Source of the DNA: an uncultured Acidobacteriota bacterium
GTDB taxonomy: Bacteria > Actinomycetota > Acidimicrobiia > Spongiisociales > ZC4RG35
NCBI GenBank assembly: GCA_963828465.1
Contig: CAWHEU010000022.1
Span: 480,001 to 544,000 of the forward strand
Reading direction: 5' to 3'
DNA length: 64,000 nt
Shown here: piece by piece, positions 38,275 through 47,543 of the stretch
Layout of the letters: each line of letters begins with the position of its first letter
Position numbering within the stretch: position 1 is the first letter of the stretch
Notes under the pieces: model-generated
The model's input: the letters and a program-made list of their open reading frames with translations, nothing else
The model's database searches: none
Told to the model about the DNA's origin: nothing
Position numbers and translations under genes: made by a program

Positions 38275-38733
38275 TCAGGAGAAGAGCGGGTCTTCTCCCA
38301 GATCTTCTAGACCCATCACCCAGCCGGCGGGCAGCGACCAGTGGCGGGCGCCCTTGATCATCGAATCGAGGTGACCCTGCTCGGGATAGTGTTCGCCGTT
38401 GGGTGAGGCCTTGGCTACGAAGGTGAGGCAGTCGTGTTTGTTGCCCTCGCGATCGACCGCCTTGACGTCCCAGTCGGCGACACGCCCTTCACCCTCCTCG
38501 GCGTCGGTTAAGGCCCCGACCTCGCTGTCGGGGACATCGAAGATCCCGCCCCACACGGTATGACCGGACTCAGCGACCAGTGAAGGCAGTCCCTGAGCCT
38601 CGTCGGAGTCGACAAAGACCAGGCGGGTCTCCGGGAAATGGGCCGTGAACAAGAACCTTGCACCCGGCGACACGGCGGCGATCCTGTCAGGGTCGAGGAA
38701 GGATGCGTAAGCGAAGTACAGCGTCGATTTCAC
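38275..38733 (-). CDS. Gamma-glutamylcyclotransferase-like protein
   Basis: LYFAYAS, VWGGIFDV, LTDAEEG. Confidence 0.7.
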   Translation of the reverse strand: MKSTLYFAYASFLDPDRIAAVSPGARFLFTAHFPETRLVFVDSDEAQGLPSLVAESGHTVWGGIFDVPDSEVGALTDAEEGEGRVADWDVKAVDREGNKHDCLTFVAKASPNGEHYPEQGHLDSMIKGARHWSLPAGWVMGLEDLGEDPLFS

Positions 38734-38819
38734 GGGTAGCCGAGTGTAACGAGCGAATGACGGCCGCCGGTGCAAGGCTGGACCAGCCCGCAGGCGGTCG
38801 ATACATCGATAGGTGGTAG

Positions 38820-39209
38820 ATGAGTCTGAAGAACGCGGCCAAATCACCGTATTGGCGTGACGAGTTGCTCGAACTGGAGCAGCGTCTCCTCGACCCGACT
38901 GTGCGCGGGTCCCCGCAAGCCGTAATACCGCTACTGCATCCCGAATTCCTCGAGTTCGGGAGCAGCGGCCGGGTCTACACCAAGGAGATGATGGTGCAGA
39001 TGATGGTGCAGGAGACGCCAGGCGTCGTGAAGATCCGCGACTTCGACGTCCGGGAGATCACGCCCGAGGTGGCCCTGGTCACCTATCGGACCGTCGGGGG
39101 AGAGGGCAAGGAGACGCGCCGCAGCTCGATATGGCTGCGTCGGGAGTCGGGGTGGCAGATCGTGTTCCACCAGGGAACCAGAGTCCACAATCGGCTCTAT
39201 GACGGCTAG
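38820..39209 (+). CDS. DUF4440/NTF2-like protein
   Basis: LLHPEFLEFGSSG, RSSIW...WQIVFHQGT. Confidence 0.85.
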   Translation: MSLKNAAKSPYWRDELLELEQRLLDPTVRGSPQAVIPLLHPEFLEFGSSGRVYTKEMMVQMMVQETPGVVKIRDFDVREITPEVALVTYRTVGGEGKETRRSSIWLRRESGWQIVFHQGTRVHNRLYDG

Positions 39210-39248
39210 CTGCCATAGAGCCAAAGGTGGTCATAGGCTCGTTCGCCC

Positions 39249-40646
39249 TTGAGGCGTTTCGAGCTGTTCCTTATCTTTGGCGAGGCGTTCGCCGTCGCCT
39301 GGCCGGCCGTGTTCGGGGTTCGCACCAGGCGAGGAATCGTCGCCGGTCTCTTGCTCGTGCTCTTCATCGTTCACTGGCAGGCGGAGGGGCTGCGTTGGCA
39401 GATGATCCCGGTTTACGGCGCTGCCTTGGGCCTCGCCATCGGCGACATCCTCTCGGTCGAGCGCCGGCTCGATTGGACTCAGCGGATATCCAGGGGAATA
39501 TTCGGGCTTGCCGGGGTAGCGCTGGGCGCGATCCTCCCTCTCGTCTTGCCTGTCCCCGAGTTGCCCGCGCCCACCGGGCCGGAGCCCATTGGGACCATCA
39601 CTTACGAGCTCGTGGATTCGGAACGTGAGGAGACCTATGGGCCGTCACCGGGACCGGGAAGACGTCTGATGGCGCAAGTCTGGTACCCGGCGTTGGACCA
39701 AGGGGAGGTGGACCCGCTCATCTGGAGTGCGGACTGGGACATCGTCGCGCCCGGGGTTTCTGCGTTGATGGGCTTCCCTGGCTGGTTCTTGAGTCACACC
39801 CAATACAGCCTTTCCCATGCCGGCGAGTCGATTCCCGTCGCCCCGGGTACCTACCCAGTGGTCGTGTACAGCCACGGATGGACCGGCTTCCGGACCAATG
39901 TGGTCCATCAGATCGAGAGTCTGGTGAGCAACGGCTTCATCGTGGTTGCCATCGACCACACCTACGGTGCCGTGACTACTCGTTTCCCTGATGGAGAGGT
40001 CATCGACTACGACCCGGCGGCGTTGCCCGACCCGGCCGAAGTGGGGGAGGAGCCCTACCTCGAAGCCACCGAGGCTTTGGTGGATGTCTTCTCCCAGGAC
40101 ATCGCGAGCGTGGCCAATGCACTCGAGGCGGGACCCAACGGGCCCTTTGGAGCCCTTGCTGAAAGCGTGGACCTGACCAGGCTCGGCGTCTACGGCAACG
40201 AAACCGGCGGAGGCGCTGCCGTGCAATTTTGTCTGGAGGACGAGCGATGTGATGCGGTCCTCGGCCTCGATCCATGGGTCGAGCCGATTCCCGATCGGGT
40301 TCTCGCCATCTCGGCGGTACGGCCCGCCCTCTTCATGAGATCGGATGACTGGAGGGGCACCGACAACGACGCCATTCTGCGCGGGATCGCCGAGCGTTCG
40401 ACGTCTACGAGTTATTGGATCGGGGTGGAGGGGGCCGCTGAGACGGACTTCGTCGGGATGCCATTTCTCTCGCCTCTCGGAGCGAGATTCGGATGGAAGG
40501 GGCCGATCCCGGCCGGCCGCATCGTCCCGATCATCGACCGCTATCTGGTCGGATTCTTCGACGTGTACCTCCTCGGCACCGGCTCCGCCGCCCTCGACAC
40601 CTCCGCATTCGAGGAGGTCAGCCTGGAGGTCGTCCTTCCCGACTAG
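39249..40646 (+). CDS. Membrane-anchored PAF-acetylhydrolase-like alpha/beta-fold protein with non-canonical catalytic motifs
   Basis: TM N-terminus, QVWYPA, YSHGWTG, AIDHTY; GNETGG and GAAETDF where GHSxGG and GxxHxxF are expected. Confidence 0.75.
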   Translation: MRRFELFLIFGEAFAVAWPAVFGVRTRRGIVAGLLLVLFIVHWQAEGLRWQMIPVYGAALGLAIGDILSVERRLDWTQRISRGIFGLAGVALGAILPLVLPVPELPAPTGPEPIGTITYELVDSEREETYGPSPGPGRRLMAQVWYPALDQGEVDPLIWSADWDIVAPGVSALMGFPGWFLSHTQYSLSHAGESIPVAPGTYPVVVYSHGWTGFRTNVVHQIESLVSNGFIVVAIDHTYGAVTTRFPDGEVIDYDPAALPDPAEVGEEPYLEATEALVDVFSQDIASVANALEAGPNGPFGALAESVDLTRLGVYGNETGGGAAVQFCLEDERCDAVLGLDPWVEPIPDRVLAISAVRPALFMRSDDWRGTDNDAILRGIAERSTSTSYWIGVEGAAETDFVGMPFLSPLGARFGWKGPIPAGRIVPIIDRYLVGFFDVYLLGTGSAALDTSAFEEVSLEVVLPD

Positions 40647-41242
40647 GCGTCCGGCCGTTGCTGGGTGTCACCCGTGATCTGCTGGCCGGGCTGCTCACCG
40701 TTGCGGATGGAGTCGATCGTCGCCCCGAGGATGAGGGCGTCCGCCTCTCCGATGATCTTCCCCACCACTGTTCCCTCCGGGTCGATGAAGAAGGTCTCCG
40801 GGATCCCGAACACCCCGTAGGCGATGGCGGTTCGGCTGCCCGGATCGGCCAGATACCGGGTCGTACTCGATGCGCCTGCCTCGGCGAGGTAAGAAAGCGA
40901 TTCTGCCGCCGCCTCCTGGTAGGCGACCTGCACGAAGGTGACGTCTTGGTCGTCGAATGACTCGGAGGCGGCCACCAGGTCATCGTGCTCGTCGCGGCAC
41001 TCCAAGCACCACGAGGCGAAGAAGTTGACCACGACTATGTCACCGCGCAGATCAGACAGGGACGTACCTTCTGAGCCGTCGAGTCCGGCAAGCGTGAACT
41101 CGGGCGCGGGCTTTCCGATGAGTGGGGAATCAACAAGGCCGGGATCACTTCCGAACCGGCTCGCCAGCACCACGGCGAGGACGACCGTTACTCCAACGAC
41201 GGCGAGACCTGCCCAGCGCAGGACCCTCCCGGTCAAGGGCAC
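40643..41242 (-). CDS. ccmG: TlpA/CcmG thiol-disulfide oxidoreductase
   Basis: NFFASWCLEC, YGVFGIPETFFID. Confidence 0.85.
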   Translation of the reverse strand: MPLTGRVLRWAGLAVVGVTVVLAVVLASRFGSDPGLVDSPLIGKPAPEFTLAGLDGSEGTSLSDLRGDIVVVNFFASWCLECRDEHDDLVAASESFDDQDVTFVQVAYQEAAAESLSYLAEAGASSTTRYLADPGSRTAIAYGVFGIPETFFIDPEGTVVGKIIGEADALILGATIDSIRNGEQPGQQITGDTQQRPDA

Positions 41243-42237
41243 TCACCCCCGTCATTTGCCATTCCGAGGTCCGCCTCGATCTGGATCCTGGTCTCGGCGG
41301 CGAGTTCAGGGTCGGCCAGCAGTTCTTCGAAGGTCTCGATCGCCTGGTCGGTTTCCCCTGCCCCGCACCAGAGAACTCGTGCCCTCACGTAGCGGGCAAC
41401 CGATGACGAGGGGTCGATGGCCAGGGCCTCGTCGATGAGACGGGTTGCGGTCTCCACCTCCCCGTTCCCGTCGTACGCCATCCAACCGAGCCGCACCAAT
41501 GCCGTGATTGCCTCAGCGCCGGTGGCGTTGGGGTCCTCTGCCACTACCAGGTAGTGAGGGAACGCGGATCGATAGTCGCCCCCGTCGAAGTACCGCTCGG
41601 CCAGGGCGAGTCGCATCCCGTTGATCTGCGGATCCTCAACGTTGGCGGCGATCACCGCCTCCATGGTTTCGTTGCTGACCTCTGACAGGTCTTGCTCGTC
41701 GATGTCCGCTGCCCCGGCCGCCGCCGCCGGGCGGTCCTGTAGCGAGTTGGCGGCCACAACCACAATCCCGGCAAAGGCCAGGACCAGCACCACACCACCG
41801 ATCACCAGTCGGGTCCGACTCTTCCCGGGTGAAGTGGCCTCGTCGGCTCTCTGGCCAGGATGACGCCGCCACCACAGGATCACTGCAATCCCGACCGCCA
41901 GGGCCACCACGGGCGCGACCCAGAGCACCAGTGTGTTGCCGGAGGCCGGCGGGTCGAGGAGGACTGCCCCGGTGTAAGAGCCCAGGAGCTCGTCGATTAT
42001 CTGCTGGTCGGGCACGCCGGATGAAACCCGCTCAGAAACGAGGTCCATCATGTCCTCAGCCATCTGGGAAGGGGAGTTGGCGATGGACTCTCCCTGGCAC
42101 ACCGGGCACTTGATGCGGGTCCCGATCTGCTCGACCCGGTCCGATGTCGCCGGCTGGGTCGAAGTGAGGAGGAGCAGCACCACCGCCATCACCGCGATGA
42201 CGGCCACCGAGGCGATGTTGCGGGTGCGCTCAGACAT
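41233..42237 (-). CDS. ccmH: CcmH with TPR (CcmI-like) extension
   Basis: IKCPVCQGESIANS, LWVAP, TPR-like helices. Confidence 0.85.
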   Translation of the reverse strand: MSERTRNIASVAVIAVMAVVLLLLTSTQPATSDRVEQIGTRIKCPVCQGESIANSPSQMAEDMMDLVSERVSSGVPDQQIIDELLGSYTGAVLLDPPASGNTLVLWVAPVVALAVGIAVILWWRRHPGQRADEATSPGKSRTRLVIGGVVLVLAFAGIVVVAANSLQDRPAAAAGAADIDEQDLSEVSNETMEAVIAANVEDPQINGMRLALAERYFDGGDYRSAFPHYLVVAEDPNATGAEAITALVRLGWMAYDGNGEVETATRLIDEALAIDPSSSVARYVRARVLWCGAGETDQAIETFEELLADPELAAETRIQIEADLGMANDGGECP

Positions 42238-44239
42238 CGGCCAGCACCAGTGGTTCCTCGGCGACCTGATCACGGCGTCTCACTGTCAGCGACCAGAAGC
42301 CGCCCGCGGCTGTCGTCACGCCGCCAAGCCACAGCAGCCAGATCATCGGCGAGGTGTCGAGGCCGAGCTGAACCGTCTCGGCGTCGAGGTTTCGCAGGGT
42401 GAGGTAGAGATCGCCGCTGGGCCGGCTCATCACGGCGGGGGTGATGATGCCGCCCATCTCGGTGTCGTAGAAGTTCGCGCTCGGCTCGAGCACGGTGATG
42501 GTGCGATCGTCACGGCTGACCTCGACTCGAACACCCTGGACGACACGATTGGGCTCTTCGCGGCGGAACGGCGCGTCGTAAGTGAGGGTGTACCCGGCGA
42601 ATTCGACCGATTCGCCAGGCGCCAGTTCCACTTCTGTGTGGAGGGGGAGGTTGGCGGCAAACGCGATGCCAATGGCGACGAGGACGACACCGATATGGCT
42701 GAGTTGGCCGGCCCAGAACGATTGGTCGTTCCCGATGACGGTCCTCGCCTCCTGATGGAGCGAAAGCCCAGATTTGGCCTTGCGGGCGCCGGCGAATTCG
42801 AGGAGCAGCCCGCCGATCGCCGCTGCCACGAAGACGCCGAGGACGATGGCGAGGATCACCCAGGCGACTCGGGTCACGGTCAGGGCAACGACCAAACCCG
42901 AGGTCAGGGCGACGATCGTCGGCCAGCGAAGCCGTCGCCAGAGCAGGCCAGGTGCCGCCCCACGCCACGGCGTGACCGGGCCGAACCCCATCGTCAGGAG
43001 CAACATGAAGGAGAGGGGAACCGCGAGGCGATTGAAGAAAGGCTCGCCCACTCCGACCTGAGTCCCGGTGAACGCCTCGAGCAGGAGGGGGTACGTGGTG
43101 CCGATCAGAACCACGAAGGCGTAGACGGTCAGCAGCAGGTTGTTGACCAGAAAAGTGCCCTCACGGGATACGAATGTCTCGATACGGGGTGACGACGCCA
43201 CCAGGTGAGAACGCATGGCGAAGAGGGTGAACGAGCCGGCCAGCACCAACACCAGGAAGCCGAGGAGCGCCGGCCCGATGGCGGATTGGGTGAATGAGTG
43301 GACGGAGTTGATCGTCCCCGACCGGGTGAGAAAGGTGCCGAGGATGGTGAGAGCGAAGGCGCTGATCACGAGTACGAAGTTCCATGCCTGGAGCATCCCT
43401 CGCCGTTGCTGAACCAACCCGGAGTGGATGAAGGCGGTAGCGGCGAGCCAGGGCATAAGCGAAGCGTTCTCAACGGGGTCCCAGGCCCAGTAACCGCCCC
43501 AGGAAAGGACCTCATACGCCCACCAGCCACCCAACGTGATCCCAAGCGTCAGGAATGACCATGCGACCAGCGTCGAACGGTGGCTTCGACGCAACCACTC
43601 GGGGCCGGGGACCCCGAGGGCAAGTGCCCCGATTGCATAGGCGAATGGCACCGTGAGCCCGACATAGCCGATGTACAGGACCGGCGGATGGACCGCCATG
43701 AGGAAATGGTTCTGAAGGAGCGGGTTCGGGCCCGGCCCGTTGGCAGGTACGTCGGCTGCCGTGAACGGCCACGCGCTCGAAGCTGCGCACCCGGTGGCGA
43801 GAGCGTCCACACACACCTCGAACGGGTTGGCCACGGTGATCATGAGACCGAAGAAGAAGACGCCGACTCCAGCCATCACAGCCACGGCGGCCGATCCCAA
43901 GCGATCGGACGCCTGGCGCACCACTACCCAGGTGAAGACGGCCAGGACCAGGCCCCAGAGGATTATCGAGCCCTCGAGGGCGGCCCAGGCCGTGGCGACG
44001 TCGAAGGGAAATGGGGTGGCGCTGGAGTGGTGGTTGGCGACATAGGCCAGGCTGAAATCGTCGGTCAGCAGGGCGACCTGCATCGCGACCATCGAGATGA
44101 CCGCTCCCGCCAGGACCAGCTTTCCCGGTGTCCGAATGTCCGCCTCCCCGCCTCGTGCGCGGCGGATGCCCCTCACCACGAGAAGGATCGACCCGATCAG
44201 GGCTGCGATCACTCCGGCCGATCCGAGAAAGGCCAGCAT
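42230..44239 (-). CDS. ccmF: Cytochrome c heme lyase CcmF
   Basis: AVHPP, WAYEVLSWGGYWAWDPVENASLMPW, LTRSG..SVHSF. Confidence 0.95.
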   Translation of the reverse strand: MLAFLGSAGVIAALIGSILLVVRGIRRARGGEADIRTPGKLVLAGAVISMVAMQVALLTDDFSLAYVANHHSSATPFPFDVATAWAALEGSIILWGLVLAVFTWVVVRQASDRLGSAAVAVMAGVGVFFFGLMITVANPFEVCVDALATGCAASSAWPFTAADVPANGPGPNPLLQNHFLMAVHPPVLYIGYVGLTVPFAYAIGALALGVPGPEWLRRSHRSTLVAWSFLTLGITLGGWWAYEVLSWGGYWAWDPVENASLMPWLAATAFIHSGLVQQRRGMLQAWNFVLVISAFALTILGTFLTRSGTINSVHSFTQSAIGPALLGFLVLVLAGSFTLFAMRSHLVASSPRIETFVSREGTFLVNNLLLTVYAFVVLIGTTYPLLLEAFTGTQVGVGEPFFNRLAVPLSFMLLLTMGFGPVTPWRGAAPGLLWRRLRWPTIVALTSGLVVALTVTRVAWVILAIVLGVFVAAAIGGLLLEFAGARKAKSGLSLHQEARTVIGNDQSFWAGQLSHIGVVLVAIGIAFAANLPLHTEVELAPGESVEFAGYTLTYDAPFRREEPNRVVQGVRVEVSRDDRTITVLEPSANFYDTEMGGIITPAVMSRPSGDLYLTLRNLDAETVQLGLDTSPMIWLLWLGGVTTAAGGFWSLTVRRRDQVAEEPLVLADV

Positions 44240-44646
44240 CAACCCTCCGGGTAGCCCCCGCCCTCCTCGGGGACCTCGTAGTTCTCGTCGTGTCGGATCA
44301 GCGCGGAATCGGCCTGGAACGTGTCCCCGGACCACGCACCTTCGAGAAGGAGGGGGACCTCCTCGGCGAAGAGCGACGGCTGGGGGCCGTTGAGGACGAC
44401 CGGGATGTCAGCCCCTCCGTCGGTCACCTCGAAAGAGGTCGACTCGTCGGCTTCCACCACAGTCCCGGCCACGACGATGCCGGCGAGCCGGAACCGCTCG
44501 CCGTCGGGGAAGTCGGCACGCTGGTCCACCGCCTCGGATGGGTAGAGGTAGTAGGTGAGGCTGTCGTTCAGTCCGGTGAATGTGAGGGCGAGCACGATGG
44601 CAATAACCCCCCCGATGCCGAGGTAGACGAATCGGCGGTGACTCAC
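44239..44646 (-). CDS. ccmE: Heme chaperone CcmE
   Basis: YYLYPSE, RFRLAG, HDENY (HxxxY). Confidence 0.92.
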   Translation of the reverse strand: MSHRRFVYLGIGGVIAIVLALTFTGLNDSLTYYLYPSEAVDQRADFPDGERFRLAGIVVAGTVVEADESTSFEVTDGGADIPVVLNGPQPSLFAEEVPLLLEGAWSGDTFQADSALIRHDENYEVPEEGGGYPEG

Positions 44647-44648
44647 CG

Positions 44649-44753
44649 TCAGCCCTTGGCTCGCCGATATCGCAGATGGAGACGGGCTGCGTACCAGACG
44701 AAAGCTGCGTAGCAGATGAAGAATGTGCCGAAGACGATGACCTGATCAGACAT
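44649..44753 (-). CDS. ccmD: CcmD-like small membrane protein (34 aa; not in ORF track)
   Basis: MSDQVIVFGTFFICYAAFVWYAARLHLRYRRAKG between ccmC and ccmE. Confidence 0.65.
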   Translation of the reverse strand: MSDQVIVFGTFFICYAAFVWYAARLHLRYRRAKG

Positions 44754-45456
44754 CCTCGACCTCGGAGAGCAGGGGAGTGGCCACGGCATCGCCTGCTGGG
44801 ACGGTCTCGCCTGACCTCGACTCCTCGGCCTTGGCCACCTCGACTCGGGCTGCGGTCAGCGCGACATAGAGCAGCGTGAAGGCGAGGAAGTTGACCAGCA
44901 GGGCGATCACCATCTCGTCCGGCATCGTGGCCCCGTCGGGCCGGATCGACTGGGTCTGGTGCAGCGAACGGAACAGGTTGACCGAGAAATAGACCAGCGG
45001 CACCTGGACCACGGCAATGGCGCCGAGGATGGCCGAGCGTCTCGCCCTCATGACCGGGTCGGGGGTGGCCCGGCGCAGGGCCAGATAGCCGATGTAGACG
45101 AAGAACATGACCGCGGTCGATGCCATGCGCGGATCGGCCCAGTCCCAGGCCCTGCCCCAGACCGCCTGCCCCCACACCATGCCGGTGAACAGACCGGTCG
45201 CGGTGAACAGGACGCCGGTCTCCACGGATGCCTCGGCGATTCGGTCCCATCGGTCTGTCTTCCGCACCAGCCAGAGGATGGAGGCCAGGGCTGTGACACC
45301 GAACGCTAGGAAGGCGACCCACATCGAGGGGGCGTGGATGTTGACGATCCGGGTGAATTCGCCCTGGAGACGGTCGGTGGGCGATGTGAGCGTGAGATAG
45401 AGGCCCGCAACCATCGCCGCAGCGGCGATCGCCATCAGAATGCGGACTCGTTTCAT
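44746..45456 (-). CDS. ccmC: Heme exporter CcmC
   Basis: IHAP, WGQAVWGRAWDWADPR, SLHQ. Confidence 0.9.
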   Translation of the reverse strand: MKRVRILMAIAAAAMVAGLYLTLTSPTDRLQGEFTRIVNIHAPSMWVAFLAFGVTALASILWLVRKTDRWDRIAEASVETGVLFTATGLFTGMVWGQAVWGRAWDWADPRMASTAVMFFVYIGYLALRRATPDPVMRARRSAILGAIAVVQVPLVYFSVNLFRSLHQTQSIRPDGATMPDEMVIALLVNFLAFTLLYVALTAARVEVAKAEESRSGETVPAGDAVATPLLSEVEDV

Positions 45457-46127
45457 CTCGAAGCCTCCTCGAGCGGTCGGGCCAGCGCGACGCCGGCCAC
45501 GGCCAGCGCCAGGTCGGTCGCGACCAGCAGCAACAACCACGGCAGGATACTTGTGTCCCGGGTTAGTGATTCCAGGGTCTGGGAGCCTCCAATAACGAGG
45601 GGGATCGCCAGTGGGGCGACGATGAGGGATGCAAGGACGGTGCGACTCCGCAATCCCGCCGTGACCTCCCCGGCGAGCGTCCCGAGCTCGGTCAGTCCCA
45701 CCGCGGTCAGGAGCACGGCGAGGATGACCGCGCCTGGCCAGCCTGAGGGGAGGCGGGGGCTGTACAGGACGAACGTCGCCACCAGGAGGACAATCATGAA
45801 ACCCAACATGAGCACCGAGCCGGACATGGTCCGACCGACGAATCGGGCGGCCGGATCGACTCCGAGGAGCGCGTAGAGGTCCCTTCTCTCCGGCCGGTCG
45901 TCAGCGGCCTGGCGCAAGGCCACCTGCATCCCGAACAGGACGCCGATCGCCCAGAAGACGGCGGGCCCGAGCTGCGTGATGGCGGAGAGGTCCACGCCGA
46001 GGGCAAGGGGGAATACGAGGAGAGCGATGATGGCGAAAGGCAGGATTATCCGCAGGACGTCGCCCATCCGTCGTTCTACCCGGAGGTCGACGCGGCTGAT
46101 CTCGATGGCCTGGTCCCAGAACGTCAT
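45453..46127 (-). CDS. ccmB: Heme exporter CcmB
   Basis: DLRVE start, six TM, PLAIPLVI; gene order. Confidence 0.8.
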   Translation of the reverse strand: MTFWDQAIEISRVDLRVERRMGDVLRIILPFAIIALLVFPLALGVDLSAITQLGPAVFWAIGVLFGMQVALRQAADDRPERRDLYALLGVDPAARFVGRTMSGSVLMLGFMIVLLVATFVLYSPRLPSGWPGAVILAVLLTAVGLTELGTLAGEVTAGLRSRTVLASLIVAPLAIPLVIGGSQTLESLTRDTSILPWLLLLVATDLALAVAGVALARPLEEASR

Positions 46128-46783
46128 GCCGCCAGCTCCAGACGGCCGGCAGAGATAGCCATCACCCGGCCGGCTCGCTCGGCGAGATGCGCGGCATCGT
46201 GCGAAACCATCACAACCGCGCCGCCGTTCTCGGTAGTTCGGGTGATCAGAGCATCGATCAACTGTTGGGCGTCGACGTCGAGACCCGAAAACGCTTCATC
46301 GAGCAGGAGGAGCCTGGGCCGGGTTATGAGCAGCCTGGCCGCCTCGGTACGACGCAACATGCCGTATGAGCTCTGTTCGACCTTCCGGTCCGCAGCCTCT
46401 GCCAGCCCTACGACCTGCAGGGCGCGCTCGATCCGGGCCGTGTCCCCACCGAACAGACGGGTGGCATGATCCAGATTCTCCCGAAGAGTCAGCTCTCCGA
46501 CCACGGTGGGGATGTGGCCGACGAGGCCGATCTCGCGCCGGATCCCGTAAACCTCGGAGGTGCCGAGCGCCGCCCCCAGAACACGGCCTGTGCCTTGGGC
46601 GGGGGCTGTCAGGGTGGCGAGGAGCCGGAGGAGCGTCGTCTTGCCCGATCCGTTCGGACCGGCGATCCCGAGGACCTCGGCGGTACCCACCGACAGGGTG
46701 AGGTCGCGCAGGATCGTCTGACCACCGAGCGAAACACCTGCATCCTCGAGTTCGACATGGGTGCCCACCCGGTCAAGTCTCAT
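46124..46783 (-). CDS. ccmA: Heme ABC exporter ATPase CcmA
   Basis: GPNGSGKTT, LTLRENL, SYGMLRR, LLDEAF. Confidence 0.85.
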   Translation of the reverse strand: MRLDRVGTHVELEDAGVSLGGQTILRDLTLSVGTAEVLGIAGPNGSGKTTLLRLLATLTAPAQGTGRVLGAALGTSEVYGIRREIGLVGHIPTVVGELTLRENLDHATRLFGGDTARIERALQVVGLAEAADRKVEQSSYGMLRRTEAARLLITRPRLLLLDEAFSGLDVDAQQLIDALITRTTENGGAVVMVSHDAAHLAERAGRVMAISAGRLELAA

Positions 46784-46838
46784 TGGGCACGGGGTCAGAC
46801 TCAAGTTGTCGGAATGCCTCATTAGCTTCAGCGGGGGT

Positions 46839-47543
46839 ATGAGCCAGGAGATCGTCATCGACCCGCGTTTCCGGGGCCCGCCAAACAGCGCCAACGGTGG
46901 ATATGCCTGTGGCGTCGTAGGCGAGGGGATCGACGGTGTCGCCACGGCTACATTGCGTCGCCCCCCACGGCTCGATGTCCCCATGATCCTGATCGAAAAC
47001 GGGCGGCAGGTCCGGCTGATGGACGGCGACGATCTCGTCGGTGAAGCCGTGCCGGACACCCTCGACATAGTCGTCCCAACTGGCCCGGACTTCGACACCG
47101 CGGTGGCGGCATCCAGAAGCTATGCAGGCTTCGAAGCCCACCCGTTCCCGACTTGCTTCGTCTGCGGGCCCGAGCGCGAGCCGGGCGACGGGCTCCGCAT
47201 CTTCCCCGGTCGTCTCGACGGTTCGCCGGTGGTGGCCGCCCCATGGGCACCCGATGAGTCGCTAGTCGGTGCCGAAGGCGTGGTGGAGCGGCGTCATGTC
47301 TGGGCCGCCCTCGATTGCCCGTCATATTTCGGGCTCGAGAACACTCCGATGGCCCTGCTCGGCCGTCTCACGGCGCGGATCGACCGGCTGCCCGAGATCG
47401 GGGAGCGTCTGACCATCATCGGCTGGCCGATGGGCATGGAAGGTCGAAAGCACTTCGCCGGGTCGGCCTTGCTCGATGCTGACGGCGACGAAGTGGCCGT
47501 CGCCGCGGCGACGTGGATCGAGATCGACCGACTACCGCTCTGA
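46839..47543 (+). CDS. Double hot-dog/thioesterase-like protein
   Basis: RFRGPPNSANGGY, CFVCG, WAALDCP. Confidence 0.75.
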   Translation: MSQEIVIDPRFRGPPNSANGGYACGVVGEGIDGVATATLRRPPRLDVPMILIENGRQVRLMDGDDLVGEAVPDTLDIVVPTGPDFDTAVAASRSYAGFEAHPFPTCFVCGPEREPGDGLRIFPGRLDGSPVVAAPWAPDESLVGAEGVVERRHVWAALDCPSYFGLENTPMALLGRLTARIDRLPEIGERLTIIGWPMGMEGRKHFAGSALLDADGDEVAVAAATWIEIDRLPL

